Below are positions 61,455-64,000 of a stretch of DNA of 64,000 nt, one piece after another. The stretch is from an uncultured virus (IMG/VR IMGVR_UViG_3300042006_000224) (lineage: Duplodnaviria; Heunggongvirae; Uroviricota; Caudoviricetes; Schitoviridae), in IMG/VR virus record IMGVR_UViG_3300042006_000224, one strand, 5' to 3'. Position 1 is the stretch's first letter; each line of letters starts with the position of its first letter. The position numbers were made by a program, and so were the translations under genes. The notes below the pieces were generated by a model that saw nothing but the letters and a program-made list of their open reading frames with translations, had not been told where the DNA came from and did no database searches.

Positions 61455-62177
61455 ATGTCTGATGACCAAGCTGTACCTGATGAACTCGAATCTCTCAAAG
61501 CCCGAGCTACTAAGCTGGGGATTACTATTGACGGTCGCTGGGGCGTAGAAAAGCTCCGCGAAGTCGTGAACGCCGCAATCCAAGGTGATAAGCCAGTGAC
61601 TGAACCAACTACCGCCCCTGCTCCACAACCGGCTCCAGCTACAGTAGCTGCGCCAGCTCCCGCGGTTAAAGCGGTCGAGCAAGCACCCGCTGTCGTGAAA
61701 GAAGCGCCGGTCGAGAACGAAATCAAATCCCCGGTCGAAGTCACCAAGATGCCTTCGCTGGCTGACGCCATGAAAGAAGTTCCGGTGGATGCTGGCCCGG
61801 AAACCGAAGGCCAGAAGAAGAACCGTCTGCGCCGTGAAGCGATGGCCCTGGTGCGTGTGCGTGTGTCCTGCATGGACCCACAGAAGAAGAACCTCAAGGG
61901 CGAATTGCTCTGCGTATCGAACCGTAACTTCGGTACTGTGCAGCGTTTCATTCCATTCAACCGTGAATGGCACATCGAGAAGGTGCTGTACGACGCGATG
62001 ATGGAAAAGGAATACATGGTGTTCGACCGTGAGAAGACCGGCCGTGCTGGCATCGAAGTCGTGACCCCGCGTAACGTCCCGGCGTTCAACATTCAGGTTC
62101 TGCCACCACTGACCAAGGGTGAGCTGAAAGATCTGGCTCAGCGTCAAGCCATGGCCGACGGTACCCGTCAGGAGTAA
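61455..62177 (+). CDS. Structural protein (N4 gp55-like)
   Basis: 'LKARA..LGI', 'LPPLT..EL..LA.RQ'. Confidence 0.75.
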   Translation: MSDDQAVPDELESLKARATKLGITIDGRWGVEKLREVVNAAIQGDKPVTEPTTAPAPQPAPATVAAPAPAVKAVEQAPAVVKEAPVENEIKSPVEVTKMPSLADAMKEVPVDAGPETEGQKKNRLRREAMALVRVRVSCMDPQKKNLKGELLCVSNRNFGTVQRFIPFNREWHIEKVLYDAMMEKEYMVFDREKTGRAGIEVVTPRNVPAFNIQVLPPLTKGELKDLAQRQAMADGTRQE

Positions 62178-62183
62178 TAACGT

Positions 62184-62918
62184 ATGGCAGTTACCCCGAT
62201 TACCCTTGCTGACTTGACTCAAGCCACAGTTGGGGGTACCGGGGCATTCGATACGCTGATGCGTTCGATGGTCGGTCACCTCGAATTGGAGTTCAATAAA
62301 GGACGCCTTCGAGGGGCTGACTATGCCAACGTCTACCTGAATGCACTGACCCCGGTATTGCAAAATGCCGTGGTCTTTTTGCTTCAGAAGGACGAAGCGG
62401 CGAACAAAGCAGCCTTGGTCGATGCTCAGGTACGTTTGACCGAAGTTCAGATCCTCTTGGCGGAAGCCGAGCTGGAACGTGAGCTGATCAACAAGGAACT
62501 GGTGCAGGCCCAGGTATCCAAGACCATTGCTGAAACCGTGAACCTCGGCCAACAGTTGTTGAACCTGCGGGCTGAAGAGTGCGTACTTAAATCGCAATAC
62601 GACATCAACCTGTCGCAGAACCTGCAAGTCGTGGCGCAAACCAGTCTGGTTAACCAGAAGGTGGCAACCGAGAAGGCGCAGACCTCCGGTATCGCGATTG
62701 AGCCGAATTCGGTGATTGGTAAGCAGATCACCCTGTATACCGCTCAAGCCAATGGCTTCGACCGGGATGCAGAGCAGAAAGCGGCCAAGGTGATGATCGA
62801 CTCGTGGAACGTACGGCGAACCACGGACGTGGGTACCGTTGCCGACGGAGTCAACCAACTCCACGATGCCAACGTGGGCCGCGCAGTAAATGCGCTCCTT
62901 GGTGGCGTAGGGGCTTAA
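62184..62918 (+). CDS. Structural protein (N4 gp54-like)
   Basis: 'GTGAFDTLM', 'F.RDAEQKAAK..DSW'. Confidence 0.75.
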   Translation: MAVTPITLADLTQATVGGTGAFDTLMRSMVGHLELEFNKGRLRGADYANVYLNALTPVLQNAVVFLLQKDEAANKAALVDAQVRLTEVQILLAEAELERELINKELVQAQVSKTIAETVNLGQQLLNLRAEECVLKSQYDINLSQNLQVVAQTSLVNQKVATEKAQTSGIAIEPNSVIGKQITLYTAQANGFDRDAEQKAAKVMIDSWNVRRTTDVGTVADGVNQLHDANVGRAVNALLGGVGA

Positions 62919-62934
62919 ACCAGCGTGATAGGAT

Positions 62935-62962
62935 AGGGGAACTTCGGTTCCCCTTTTTCTTT
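62935..62962 (+). terminator. Rho-independent terminator
   Basis: AGGGGAAC-TTCG-GTTCCCCT followed by a T-run. Confidence 0.85.
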
Positions 62963-62973
62963 TGGAGCAATTC

Positions 62974-64000
62974 ATGGGGCTTTTCAGCAGCAAGAAGACT
63001 TACACGGTCAACGTCACAGTTAGCCCCGTGTTTGAAGAAGAACAGATCCCCACTAGTGCCCTTAACGGCTTAATCAAGGGGATCATGCAGGAACAGGACA
63101 TTGTTCCGTCGATGCTCGACGAAATCTCCCAGTGCATGGGCATTCGTGCCATGACGGCGCTGCACAACACCCAAATGAAGGGTTATGAGCCAGGCATTCC
63201 CTCGGCACAAGTGGCGACCTACATTCAAGCCAAGGATCAAGTAATCAGCGCGATTGAGGCCAATATCGGCCGACAGATCGATGTTGAGTATTACTACATG
63301 GGTCCGCTGAACTCGATGCACTTCGGCTGGCAGTATTGCCACGATTCGCTTGGCTACAACGTGGCCACCAACGAACTGACGGTGCTCAGTGCCTCTACTG
63401 GTTTCCCGTGCTACCTGTCGGACATGAAGGCCACGTATCTGCGTGAAGACTTCGACTGGATGATCCAGACCAACGATACCGGAATGCTTGCGCAACTCGG
63501 CCCGTCTCCACGTTCTGGTTTCCGTCCTTCGGCGCCGTACAACATGCTGAGTGGCATAGGCCAGTACGCCCAGCAGCCAGCGTACGAGGTGAGTGACGTT
63601 TCGACGGAAGACTACGTGACCATCCAATATGAGTTCCAAAACGCCAGCGGCGCCTTTGAGACTCGTGGTATCACTGTCTCCATGGCCTCGCTGGACAACA
63701 TCGCCGACTTCCACATGTGCCGCTACAAGGATTCGACCGGCAAGACCGGGTTCTTCACCTATCTGCACGGCTCCGGTACCTATCCATCTATTGATCTGGC
63801 TTACGCCCTGGAACACAGCCCGCTGGGTACGTACTTTCCGTGGGCCTACTTCCGTCACCACGGGCAAGACGCTTACGACATCGAATCAGCTACCAGCATG
63901 GGGCAGATGAAGGCTTGGTGTGAACAACTGGGGGTGAGCTACGATCAACTGTATGACGGGGTGCATGAAGACCCGAATGTGGACGATACAGAGCAAAGTT
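62974..64000 (+). CDS. Structural protein (N4 gp53-like), 3' truncated; not in ORF track
   Basis: MGLFSSKKTYTV... apparently open to the window end. Confidence 0.75.
   Translation, partial: MGLFSSKKTYTVNVTVSPVFEEEQIPTSALNGLIKGIMQEQDIVPSMLDEISQCMGIRAMTALHNTQMKGYEPGIPSAQVATYIQAKDQVISAIEANIGRQIDVEYYYMGPLNSMHFGWQYCHDSLGYNVATNELTVLSASTGFPCYLSDMKATYLREDFDWMIQTNDTGMLAQLGPSPRSGFRPSAPYNMLSGIGQYAQQPAYEVSDVSTEDYVTIQYEFQNASGAFETRGITVSMASLDNIADFHMCRYKDSTGKTGFFTYLHGSGTYPSIDLAYALEHSPLGTYFPWAYFRHHGQDAYDIESATSMGQMKAWCEQLGVSYDQLYDGVHEDPNVDDTEQS

Overview
The window is most of an N4-like (Schitoviridae) phage genome, probably infecting Pseudomonas (inferred from a LUZ7 Drc-like gene and the gene order). It is circularly permuted. 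On the + strand lie the 3' part of the giant virion RNA polymerase (to 3086), a tail-fibre/lysis island (13.8-20.8 kb), a small SGNH-esterase island (32.6-34.4 kb) and the terminase-portal-capsid late cluster (51.9-64 kb). On the - strand run the early and middle genes from about 51.7 kb leftwards: Drc, two RNAP II subunits, AAA+ ATPases, helicase, DNA polymerase, exonuclease, primase, SSB and resolvase. The most striking feature is a tandem array of 12 small, mutually divergent early genes (43.0-46.6 kb, plus one at 50.5 kb) that share a C-terminal helix motif, VPExV(K/R)xAxLL. Also notable are a ~900-nt, densely base-paired non-coding region (3.66-4.58 kb), a ClpX-like ATPase lacking its pore and IGF loops, a candidate two-domain nucleotide-sponge protein, and candidate vRNAP hairpin promoters. 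All assignments come from reading motifs by eye. No database search was run.
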